The notes under the pieces were generated by a model, which searched no databases, was not told the origin of the DNA, and saw nothing but the letters and a program-made list of their open reading frames with translations. Shown one piece after another: positions 37,388 through 45,801 of a stretch of DNA of 64,000 nt. A program made the translations under genes and the position numbers. The stretch is taken from the NCBI GenBank assembly GCA_963666315.2, contig CAXXHG010000024.1, forward strand, positions 32,001 to 96,000, written 5' to 3'. This DNA is from Candidatus Binatia bacterium (GTDB lineage Bacteria; Desulfobacterota; Binatia; Bin18). Each line of letters begins with the position of its first letter. Position 1 is the first letter of the stretch.

Positions 37388-37861
37388 ATGAGCGAGAGAG
37401 CCAAGAATCAGCACTGGAATTCTGCTGCAGCGATCCTCCGCACGGTCTTTCCGGACAGTGCTGAACCCGAGAAATTGCGGGTGTATCGGGTGTGGGAGGT
37501 CTGGCCCAAGGTGGTCGGTGCAGCGAATGCACGCGGCGCACAGCCGACCAAATTTCGGAATGGAAAACTTTTTGTGACGGTCTTTCATCCCGCCTTGATG
37601 CAAGAGCTTCAGTTTGTGAAGGCGCGCATCCGAAAACGTCTCAATCACTATATTGGGGCAGACCTGATCTCCCAAATCTACTTCGTACGCGGATCGGTGC
37701 GACCTGATGACCTGCCGCTGCAATCAGTTCCCCAACGGACACTGCCCGAGTTTCGCGATGTGGTTATTCCGCCCATAGAGAATCCGCAAGTCAAAGCGGC
37801 CTTCGCCTCTCTCCTGGCCGCTCACCGTCGCCGTGTGGCAAAGATACAGTCGGGTGAATAA
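37388..37861 (+). CDS. DUF721/DciA-family protein
   Basis: 'VWEVWPKVVG...AQP...GKLFVTV..PALMQELQF'. Confidence 0.85.
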   Translation: MSERAKNQHWNSAAAILRTVFPDSAEPEKLRVYRVWEVWPKVVGAANARGAQPTKFRNGKLFVTVFHPALMQELQFVKARIRKRLNHYIGADLISQIYFVRGSVRPDDLPLQSVPQRTLPEFRDVVIPPIENPQVKAAFASLLAAHRRRVAKIQSGE

Positions 37862-38069
37862 GGCTCAGCCCCGCAGTCCGGCAGCCCGGTTGGCTCGGCT
37901 ATTTCGCACAGCCGGCGTGTTTCTCGCAAAAGGGAATATGTTGCAGGGCCTCAAAACTTTTCGTGCTTGCGAGAGCCTGGCGCAAACCCTGGGTGATGAA
38001 GAAAAGCTGGCCCTCTTTCGGCAGGAGATTGCACGCCGTGCGACACGAGATAGAGCGTCGATGCCATAA
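37854..38069 (+). CDS. Small hypothetical protein (single TPR-like hairpin)
   Basis: GTG start overlapping the upstream stop; helical pattern. Confidence 0.45.
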   Translation: MNKAQPRSPAARLARLFRTAGVFLAKGNMLQGLKTFRACESLAQTLGDEEKLALFRQEIARRATRDRASMP

Positions 38070-38400
38070 CCCGATGCGGTAGCGGTGATCGCCCTCCTGT
38101 CCTTTCGGAGTGTGGCTGTTGCCATCTCATGTAGCTGCGCATGATCGGTTTTATCCCCGCGTCGATAACGGTAGTACTCGTCCGTTCGTACTCGCGGTAT
38201 CCGCAGCTCAGCTGATGAGACATGGGTACGAATATATGCGGACACTCTCGATGCAGAACAGCCTGCATAGCCAGTTTGTGCTGCGGGGTGGCTATACGAC
38301 GAATCCAACCCTGTAGAAAGCTGTTGGATTTCTTCTCCTACGGTTGGGGACTCTGCTGGAGGGGCGGGGGGGGAAGGGTGCGATCTGCGAGTCGGGTAGG

Positions 38401-38588
38401 CTGGAGGTGCTTCAGAAAGACAGCCCCGCAAGGAGGATTGAGAAGCAGGCAAAAAAAACGCCGCGTGATTCGCGACGGGATCTTTGCAGCATATCAAACT
38501 TTCGTCCCAAAAGTCAAATGGAAACAGAAGTAGCTGATTTGACTAGCCTTATTGTTCACCCTTTTGGTTGAGGGTCTGGAAGGAAGAC
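38401..38588. repeat. ~190-bp imperfect direct repeat, copy 1, with minus-strand sigma70 promoter
   Basis: Aligns with 39249-39437; minus-strand TTGACT-N18-TATGCT with extended TG (38488-38517). Confidence 0.85.
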
Positions 38589-38656
38589 AATTCGTACATG
38601 AGGAAAGGGCATCTCATTGTTGCTATATGTATATACATTAGTATAGTGATTGCGCT

Positions 38657-38974
38657 ATGGTGAAGCTACGGATAGACGGATTCGATCGGGATGAAGGTAA
38701 TCGGGAGAAATGCCAGAACCACGGGGTTTCCATTGCGGAGATCGAAAACGTTTCCAGCAAAGATCCCCGCGTTGCGGCTGATATGAAACATTCAGCAAAC
38801 GAGGACCGTTTGCTTGCCGTTGGTCGAACAAGCAAGGGCCTCCCTGTGTTTGTTGCCTTCACCTTGAGAACGAAGAAGGGGCGACGATCGGTCCGCCCTG
38901 TCAGCGCTCGATATATGCATTACAAGGAGATTGCGGCCTATGAAGAGGAAAGTGCCAAGACTGAAGACCGATAA
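38657..38974 (+). CDS. BrnT-family toxin
   Basis: 'FDRDEGNREKC.NHGVS..E.E', 'EDRLLAVG', 'RPVSARYM'; upstream palindrome ATGTATATACAT. Confidence 0.85.
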   Translation: MVKLRIDGFDRDEGNREKCQNHGVSIAEIENVSSKDPRVAADMKHSANEDRLLAVGRTSKGLPVFVAFTLRTKKGRRSVRPVSARYMHYKEIAAYEEESAKTEDR

Positions 38975-39194
38975 GGAAGCGGAAGCGTTTCTAGCGCAAG
39001 ATCTGTCAGACCTTGATTTTTCTCAGTTCAAGCCTGCCCGGTTTGAATTTGAGAAAAAATCCGCTCAAATTAACATGCGCGTTCCCCGGCCTTTGCTTGA
39101 AGCCGTGAAGGCGCGGGCAAAGGCGCGCGGTATTCCTTACACGCGGTTTATCCGTGAAACCCTCGAACAGGTCCTAATGACAAAGGGATCGTAG
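38940..39194 (+). CDS. BrnA/CopG-family antitoxin
   Basis: 'INMRVP..LLEAVKARA..RGIPYTRFIR'. Confidence 0.85.
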   Translation: MKRKVPRLKTDKEAEAFLAQDLSDLDFSQFKPARFEFEKKSAQINMRVPRPLLEAVKARAKARGIPYTRFIRETLEQVLMTKGS

Positions 39195-39248
39195 GGATAC
39201 CCCCTTTTTTTCACCTGATTGGGCTAAATCTCCCTGTTCGTATTGTGC

Positions 39249-39437
39249 CTGGAGGCGATTCAGAAACCCGGCCCGCGAGGAGGCTTGAGAAGCGGGCATA
39301 GAATAAACGCCGCGTGAGTCACGATAGTATTCACTTAGTATATCAAACTTTCGTCCTGAAAGTCAAATGGAAACAGAAGTATATGATTTGACTGGGCTTA
39401 TTATTCACCCTGTTGGTTGAGGGTTCAGAGGAAAGAT
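39249..39437. repeat. ~190-bp imperfect direct repeat, copy 2
   Basis: Minus-strand TTGACT-N18-TATACT (39337-39366); conserved AGTCAAAT..ATTTGACT inverted pair. Confidence 0.85.
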
Positions 39438-39559
39438 GAAAAGAGGGCCGAATAGAGGCCCTTCTAGGATTCCAAGTAGTGCCCAGTCCAGGCGAAAGCG
39501 GGATGTGGCGTCTGCTAATAAGGTCACCGAGAGGCTCAGTATTCAAGAAGAATTTTCTT

Positions 39560-39697
39560 GAGAATATAGGAAATTTCCTATATATGTGCCATGCCTTCAG
39601 AAAGAAATCAAAGAAAGGGATCACTACACCAAAGTCGGACGTTGACCTGATCAAACAGCGCTACCAAGAAGCACAGGAGCTTGTGAAATATGGGTAA
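39560..39697 (+). pseudogene. RelE/Gp49-like toxin C-terminal remnant
   Basis: 'YMCHAFRKKSKKGITTPKSDVDLIKQRY'. Confidence 0.75.
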
Positions 39698-39943
39698 GCA
39701 AAAAGGGACATCGTCTTTGAAGAAAGTTCAGGCAATATTTTTGCAGATCTGGGCCTAGAGGACGCTGAGGAACTCCAGGCGAGGGGTATGATTGGGTATC
39801 ACGTGATCTAACTGTTGAAGGCTCAAGACCTGAAACAGCGTGAAATTGCGGCTCGGCTTGGAATTAAACAGGCTGAAGTATCTCACCTGTTAAACGGTCA
39901 TTTTAGCCGTTTTACGACGGATAAACTGCTCGACTTCCTCTGA
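39690..39943 (+). pseudogene. HigA/XRE antitoxin pseudogene
   Basis: 'EESSGNIFADLGLEDAEEL...VI*LLK..LKQREIAARLGIKQAEVSHLLNG.FSRFTTDKL'; frameshifted start, internal stop, truncated end. Confidence 0.8.
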
Positions 39944-40400
39944 CCGGGCCAAAACGCTGACGGAGGCAAAACAACGAGCTATTGAATTACGCACCGATCT
40001 CCTGGCCCGAAGTGTTCACCCCGATGTTATCGCCTTTTGCCCGGAGGAGCTGTTAGCAGATAACTACTTTCATGCCGTTCTTGAGGCCACAAAGAGTATT
40101 GCCGACAAAATGCGGACGCGTACCGGGCTAACAGATGACGGAGCGCTTTTGGTGGACAGGGTATTAGCCGGGGATATTCCTATACTGGCTATTAATTCCC
40201 TGGAAACGGAGAGCAAGAGGAGCGAGCAAAAGGGCTTTGCTAATCTTGTAAAGCGAATTTCTGGAATGTTCAGAAACCCGACCGCGCATGCCCCAAGGGT
40301 ATCCTGGGCCATGGAAAAGTCAGATGCAGAAGACCTTTTATCCCTGGTCACTTTAGTACATCGGAGACTTGATAGCGCCCATATGCCGCCCCGCGTATGA
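39942..40400 (+). pseudogene. TIGR02391-family protein, 5'-truncated
   Basis: 'VHPDVIAFC..ELLADNYFHAVLEATKS', 'SEQKGFANL..G.FRNPTAH'. Confidence 0.75.
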
Positions 40401-40493
40401 GAGTTGGCCAAGGAGAGCAAAACCTTGTCTGATAACGTCCGTTATGACTAACAGGGGTTCTCTCAAAAGGTTTAGCCTTACTTCCCCATGACC

Positions 40494-42143
40494 CTACACC
40501 GTCTTCAGACTCCCCACTGCCTTGACTTTGATCCGTACCGCATTCCCAGGCAGATAGGCGAGCGGAATTTCTTCCAGATCAAGAATCTCAACGGTGTCCG
40601 GATCAGCACCTGCGGCTTTTGCACGTTTACGAGCAAAAGCCGTGGCTTCGTCTATGGCCTCCGTGCGACTCATCTTCTCGAGTGAAAAAACTCGATCGAT
40701 CGTCCCGCTGACTTGCGCGATGGCGACGCCTATCGCATTGGCCACGCCTGCATGCTCAGGACGGATAATCTGCGACACACCACGAAGTACATCCGGAAAA
40801 AGAATGCTCCCGCCGCCAACGGCCACAACCGGGAGCGGCTCGGCCGACAGTTTCATGCGGTCGATGTGGTCTTCGAGGCTGTGCTGAATATAGGCGAGAC
40901 CCTTCTCTATCGTTGTCTTCGAGACGGTTTCGACTTTCGAGGCGTCGCCCAGCTGTACGTGGCCGGCTGCTACAGCCAGATCGGTGGCGGTCAGTTGCCG
41001 ACCGCCGAATACCTTGGCTTCTTGTGTAAGCCGATACCCGACGCTATCCGGTCCAACCCGCACCTCATCTGTTCTATGGACTCGACTTCCCCCGCTTAAA
41101 CCTATGGAAATCAGATCCGGCATGGGGAAGTTCGTTACGACCCCGCCGATTTCAACCGCTAATTGCGACTCACGCGGAAAGCCCTTGTGCAGTACGCCTA
41201 TATCGGTTGTCGTACCCCCAATATCAACCACAATTGCGTCCTGCGCGTCCCCCAGTTGGCCCAGCGCCGCCGCCCCGCGTATGCTATTGGCCGGGCCTGA
41301 AGCAATAGTAAAGATCGGATACTGCAAGGCATAGTCAAGAGACATCAGGCTGCCGTCATTTTGGCCCAGGAAGAGCGTGGCAGGAATGTTGAGCTGGCGG
41401 ATGGCCTGTTGAAAGCCTGAGATGGCCGCATGCGCGACTCGAATCAAGGCGGCATTTAGCACGGTTGCATTTTCTCGTTCCAGCAGATTCACGCTGCCGA
41501 TTTCGCTCGACAGACTGACCGGAATCTCTTCACCCAGCTCAGCCTGCAGGATCTCGCGGGCGCGCAACTCATGCTCTTGATTGACTGGCGAGAAGACTCC
41601 GGTCACCGCAACGGCTTGGACCTGACCTTTCATTTGACGCGCAGTCTGACGAACTTCCTGCTCGTCCAGCGCAGAGAGCGGCTCACCGTTATATTCGTGT
41701 CCGCCGTGCAGAATCGCGTGTTGCGTACCGACGATCCGGCGAAGATCGGCCGGCCATGTACGCAAGGGTTCCACTGCGCGGGTTGCCGGTGCGCCCAGAC
41801 GGATGATTCCGACTGTATTCAGTTCACGCCGGGTGACGACCGCATTCGCGCAGTGCGTGGTCCCGAGCATGGCGTACCGCAGCGCAGACGCGGGTAGCCC
41901 GGATGTCGTCAACACGTCCTGTAGCGCTTGTACTATGCCGGCTGTGACATCCGGCGTTGTTGGCGTCTTGGTGCTTGCGACTACCTGATCTTGGGCATCA
42001 AGAATCACCGCATCGGTATTCGTTCCGCCGACATCAATACCTAAGCGAAACTCTGGGCCAAGCTGGCTGTCAGGTTCCTCATGTTCAATGTGATCAATTT
42101 GGTTTTTTTGCTGATTTTCTTGATCAGCTTTGGAGTGGGACAT
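40494..42143 (-). CDS. Hydantoinase/oxoprolinase A-family protein
   Basis: 'GIDVGGTNTDAV', 'SGPANSIRGA', 'DIGGTTTD', 'VANAIG'. Confidence 0.92.
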   Translation of the reverse strand: MSHSKADQENQQKNQIDHIEHEEPDSQLGPEFRLGIDVGGTNTDAVILDAQDQVVASTKTPTTPDVTAGIVQALQDVLTTSGLPASALRYAMLGTTHCANAVVTRRELNTVGIIRLGAPATRAVEPLRTWPADLRRIVGTQHAILHGGHEYNGEPLSALDEQEVRQTARQMKGQVQAVAVTGVFSPVNQEHELRAREILQAELGEEIPVSLSSEIGSVNLLERENATVLNAALIRVAHAAISGFQQAIRQLNIPATLFLGQNDGSLMSLDYALQYPIFTIASGPANSIRGAAALGQLGDAQDAIVVDIGGTTTDIGVLHKGFPRESQLAVEIGGVVTNFPMPDLISIGLSGGSRVHRTDEVRVGPDSVGYRLTQEAKVFGGRQLTATDLAVAAGHVQLGDASKVETVSKTTIEKGLAYIQHSLEDHIDRMKLSAEPLPVVAVGGGSILFPDVLRGVSQIIRPEHAGVANAIGVAIAQVSGTIDRVFSLEKMSRTEAIDEATAFARKRAKAAGADPDTVEILDLEEIPLAYLPGNAVRIKVKAVGSLKTV

Positions 42144-43194
42144 AGTCAACGTCATACCCAAAATATCGAGGTCCTACCAGCTTGAGACCTTGGGCCGTGC
42201 GCCACTGCTCATAACACGGAAAGCCGAGCACGGCGATGCGCAAACCATATTTGAGTCCTTCGGTCGTAATCGGGAGCCCGGTCTGTTCGTCAACCACAGT
42301 AATCAAATCCGGGACAGTCACCTCGGGCTGGTCACCGTTCCAGAAGACGAGATTCTCATTCTGAAACGAGAGGCGAAACTGCTGTCCGGCATCTGGACCC
42401 AGCCCCAGGATCTGGAGCTCCCCGCGCGCAAACGCGCCTTCAGTCCTGCGCTGGATATCCGTAATTTTGCCTTCACACAGCTGCCGGCCAGACAGCAGCG
42501 TGGTGAGTGCCTGAATAGGATGAGTCTTTTCCTGCTGACACCTTTTGAGCGTCCGCCCGATTTCTTGGGCAAGTGACAGCGTTCCTTTGACCAGCGCACG
42601 TTTGGCTATCTTGCCTTGCATGGCGTATAAGGCAACGCAGGTCGAGCAGCCCATTTGAATAGTCACCGCCCGTGAAATCCGCTCGGCCCACAGATTGTCT
42701 GGGGTTTCGAGCAGGACGTGATTGCCCTTTTCATCAGCGACAGCCATGGGCGTGGCCGCCACACCGTGCAGGGTTGGAATGACCATCTGGATTTCTGGAA
42801 ACGCCCGGCCCATGCCATCCGCGTCAACAATGGGCAGCCCAAACGTTGCGGCAACAACCATGGGGATCATGGAGTTTACGCCCCCGGCTTCAATAGAAAA
42901 GGTTGCCACCGCTCGGCACTCAAGCCGACGTTCGACCATCCGAAACGCGTCCAATACCTCCGTGCCGCTCGGAATCTTTTCCACTAAGACGGTTGGCGCA
43001 CCCATCATTGCAGTGGGGATAATCCACTCCTCGTCTGCGATCTGATCCAGAGAGATCAACGAAATCGGGCCGTGTTGGGCGACTGCCTGCTGGGCCATCA
43101 GCTTACCCAGGGTGGGGTCGCCGCCACCGCCGGTTCCCAGGACGGCTGCTCCCACGGCAATATCTTCGAGTGCGTCTACATCAAGCTGCGTCAT
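42124..43194 (-). CDS. DUF917 (S-methyl thiohydantoin desulfurase-like) protein
   Basis: 'GAAVLGTGGGG', 'EAGGVN', 'DADGMGRAFPE', 'FQNE', 'VPDLI', 'VGPRYFG'. Confidence 0.9.
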   Translation of the reverse strand: MTQLDVDALEDIAVGAAVLGTGGGGDPTLGKLMAQQAVAQHGPISLISLDQIADEEWIIPTAMMGAPTVLVEKIPSGTEVLDAFRMVERRLECRAVATFSIEAGGVNSMIPMVVAATFGLPIVDADGMGRAFPEIQMVIPTLHGVAATPMAVADEKGNHVLLETPDNLWAERISRAVTIQMGCSTCVALYAMQGKIAKRALVKGTLSLAQEIGRTLKRCQQEKTHPIQALTTLLSGRQLCEGKITDIQRRTEGAFARGELQILGLGPDAGQQFRLSFQNENLVFWNGDQPEVTVPDLITVVDEQTGLPITTEGLKYGLRIAVLGFPCYEQWRTAQGLKLVGPRYFGYDVDYVPLQS

Positions 43195-44323
43195 GGTGTA
43201 AAAATCTCTTATACGACAGAAAATCAATTGGCAGACGTGTCCGTCCGTCAAGCACCAGCTCCGTGAGCGCCTCGCCCAGCACGCCGACAAACTTAAAACC
43301 ATGTCCGGACAGCCCGGCCGCAAAAGCGACCTGGGGATGCTCGGGATGACGATCGACAACGAAATGCTCGTCAGGACTCATGGTATACATGCAGGCCACA
43401 TGCTTGAGACACGTGCTCGTCGCACTGGGCATATAGTCGTGTAGGAAACGTTCAATACGACGCTGATCGTCAGTGTCAATGGCTAGATCGAGATTGAGCG
43501 GGTCTGAAACCGGCTGCCCACCTGTGTGCTCGGCGATTTTCAGTCCAAATTGGTCAGTGTGAGGAAATCCGTAAAAATCGCCCTCAGGCAGCTCGTAGAA
43601 AAAAGTTGGACAGCCCGCGTCCACGGCGTACTCTCGATTATTGACGCCATACCAAAACAAGGCCTTGCGTCGTACTGCAAGCGGAACGTGCAGGGCGCTC
43701 AAGAAGTCGGCCGCCCATGCACCGACGGTAATGATAATATGCTGGGCTGCATAGCGCTCCTGGTCTGTGACAACAATGACTCCAGAGCCGTCAGTCTGCC
43801 AGCCCAGAACGGTTTCACCTGTCCGGACCTGCGCGCCCAGTTTGACGGCTGCATTTGCATAGGCCAGCACGCAGGCTTCCACTCGTAAATATCCGGCCCG
43901 AGGGTCGAGGACGGCGCTCATGGACTCAGGCACCCGAAAGCCGGGGAAGCGCTGCTCGACTTCGGTGCCAGACAGCGCTTCGATGGTCAGTTGGTGCTGG
44001 CGGGCGCTGGCGAGCGTACCCTGGACAGTCGGGCCGTTGCTCGGCCCGATCTGTAGAAAACCGGTTTCGCGATACAGCTGCTGTCCCGTGTGCTGTTCGA
44101 GTTCCTCCCAGAGCACAAAGGCACGCCGCAGGAGGGGCACATAATCGGGATGCTCAAGATAGGCCAGTCGAATGATGCGTGTATCACCATGTGAACTACC
44201 GCGGTCATGACCCGGGGGAAAGCGATCTAAACCGAGTGCGTGCACACCACGCTTTGCAAGTTGATATAGCACTGCACTGCCAACGCCGCCCGTACCAATG
44301 ACAATACAGTCATACTGCTGCAT
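43181..44323 (-). CDS. solA: N-methyl-amino acid oxidase (SolA/monomeric sarcosine oxidase family)
   Basis: 'GSSHGDTRIIR', covalent-FAD 'CMYT', 'GLSGHGFKF'. Confidence 0.88.
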   Translation of the reverse strand: MQQYDCIVIGTGGVGSAVLYQLAKRGVHALGLDRFPPGHDRGSSHGDTRIIRLAYLEHPDYVPLLRRAFVLWEELEQHTGQQLYRETGFLQIGPSNGPTVQGTLASARQHQLTIEALSGTEVEQRFPGFRVPESMSAVLDPRAGYLRVEACVLAYANAAVKLGAQVRTGETVLGWQTDGSGVIVVTDQERYAAQHIIITVGAWAADFLSALHVPLAVRRKALFWYGVNNREYAVDAGCPTFFYELPEGDFYGFPHTDQFGLKIAEHTGGQPVSDPLNLDLAIDTDDQRRIERFLHDYMPSATSTCLKHVACMYTMSPDEHFVVDRHPEHPQVAFAAGLSGHGFKFVGVLGEALTELVLDGRTRLPIDFLSYKRFLHHDAA

Positions 44324-44422
44324 GACGTTCTCGTACGATTGGTCCAGCCAGATGTCAAGCCAACCCGGCGGCCATAAATTTTCTGTTTGCCCTCAAAATT
44401 GAAAGCTGCTAGCTGAGGGCTT

Positions 44423-45289
44423 ATGAAACCAGCTCCATTTATGTATGCGCGCCCTGACTCTGTGGAAGAGGCCTTAGCCCTGCTGCAGGCTGGTGGGGAT
44501 GAAGCAAAAGTGCTTGCCGGGGGACAGAGTTTCGTGCCGCTGCTCAATCTGCGTATAGCGTCGATTGATGCCGTGGTCGATCTCAACCGTTTGTCTGAGC
44601 TGGCATATATTAAACGAGACGCTGACACTCTGTGCATCGGTGCCATGACGCGTCATCGACAGGTCGAGGTTTCTGAAGAGGTGCAAGCGGTTCAACCCCT
44701 TCTGGCTCGCGCCGCCGCAGAGGTGGGGCATTTGGCGATTCGCAATCGAGGTACAATCGGAGGCAGTCTGGTCCATGCCGACCCAGCGGCTGAATGGCCT
44801 TTGGTGGCGGTCATGCTGGATGCGCAACTCGTTATGCGCTCACACCAGAGCACGCGCACGGTTGCCGCGCGTGAGTTTTTTCTTGGGCCGCTTATGACGG
44901 CTATCGAGCCAAACGAGATTCTGTGTGAAGTGCGCTTTCCGCTTGCTCCTCCCAGCGCGGTGTGGGGTTTTCAGGAGTTGTGCCGTCGGCCGGGTGATTT
45001 TGCCATTGTGGCGGTGGCGTGTCAGCTCTCTCGTGGTCACAGCGGAATATGCTCGGCTGCTGCACTCGCCGTTGGCGGAGCGCATGCAACTCCGCTGCAT
45101 ATTCCTGAGGTCGAAACAGTTATCTCAGGCAGCAAAGGCGAGGACGCTGTGATTGCTGCGGCCGCAGAAAAAGCTGCTGCTGCGGTTGATCCATCGGGTG
45201 ACGTGCATGGCTCAGCCGACTATCGACGTCGCATGGTCAAGGTTCTCACCGCACGAGCGTTGAAAGAAGCGTGGGGGAAGGCGGCGTAG
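44423..45289 (+). CDS. Mo-hydroxylase FAD subunit (CoxM-like)
   Basis: 'KVLAGGQS', 'IRNRGTIGGS', 'ADPAAE'. Confidence 0.93.
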   Translation: MKPAPFMYARPDSVEEALALLQAGGDEAKVLAGGQSFVPLLNLRIASIDAVVDLNRLSELAYIKRDADTLCIGAMTRHRQVEVSEEVQAVQPLLARAAAEVGHLAIRNRGTIGGSLVHADPAAEWPLVAVMLDAQLVMRSHQSTRTVAAREFFLGPLMTAIEPNEILCEVRFPLAPPSAVWGFQELCRRPGDFAIVAVACQLSRGHSGICSAAALAVGGAHATPLHIPEVETVISGSKGEDAVIAAAAEKAAAAVDPSGDVHGSADYRRRMVKVLTARALKEAWGKAA

Positions 45290-45301
45290 GGGCAATGAAA
45301 A

Positions 45302-45793
45302 ATGAATAACTCACAATTTACAGAACGGCTAACCATACACGTACGCGTCAACGGTCAAGATTTTGAACGTGAAGTCGAGGTGCGCAGACTCCTGGCGGAT
45401 TTTCTCCGCCACGATCTCGGCCTGACTGCAACGCATCTGGGTTGTGAGCACGGCGTGTGCGGCGCATGCACAATTATGATGGACGGCGAGAGCGTTCGGT
45501 CGTGTCTGCTGTTTGCCGTGCAAGCTGACAGGGCGGAGATTCTCACGGTTGAGGGGTTGGCACAGGGCGACGACATGCATCCACTTCAGCAAGCCTTTTG
45601 GGATAAGCACGCCCTCCAGTGCGGTTTCTGCACGTCCGGGTTTTTGATGAGTGCGTATGATCTCTTGCAAAAAAATCCTCATCCAACACAGGATGAGATT
45701 CGGCACGGACTCTCAGGCAATCTGTGTCGCTGTACGGGCTACGCCAATATTATTAAAGCCGTGCAGGCAGTGGCAGATCAGTCACACTCATAA
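45302..45793 (+). CDS. Mo-hydroxylase 2x[2Fe-2S] subunit (CoxS-like)
   Basis: 'GCEHGVCGAC', 'QCGFC', 'NLCRCTGY'. Confidence 0.95.
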   Translation: MNNSQFTERLTIHVRVNGQDFEREVEVRRLLADFLRHDLGLTATHLGCEHGVCGACTIMMDGESVRSCLLFAVQADRAEILTVEGLAQGDDMHPLQQAFWDKHALQCGFCTSGFLMSAYDLLQKNPHPTQDEIRHGLSGNLCRCTGYANIIKAVQAVADQSHS

Positions 45794-45801
45794 GCGCAGG
45801 C

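Noticed and set aside
38060-38400. Structured RNA or transposase remnant
   Set aside because: No recognisable tRNA, tmRNA, RNase P or IS motif; the overlapping ORFs have no supportable homology.
38401-40450. Integron cassette array
   Set aside because: The repeats lack RYYYAAC...GTTRRRY attC ends and no intI is present.
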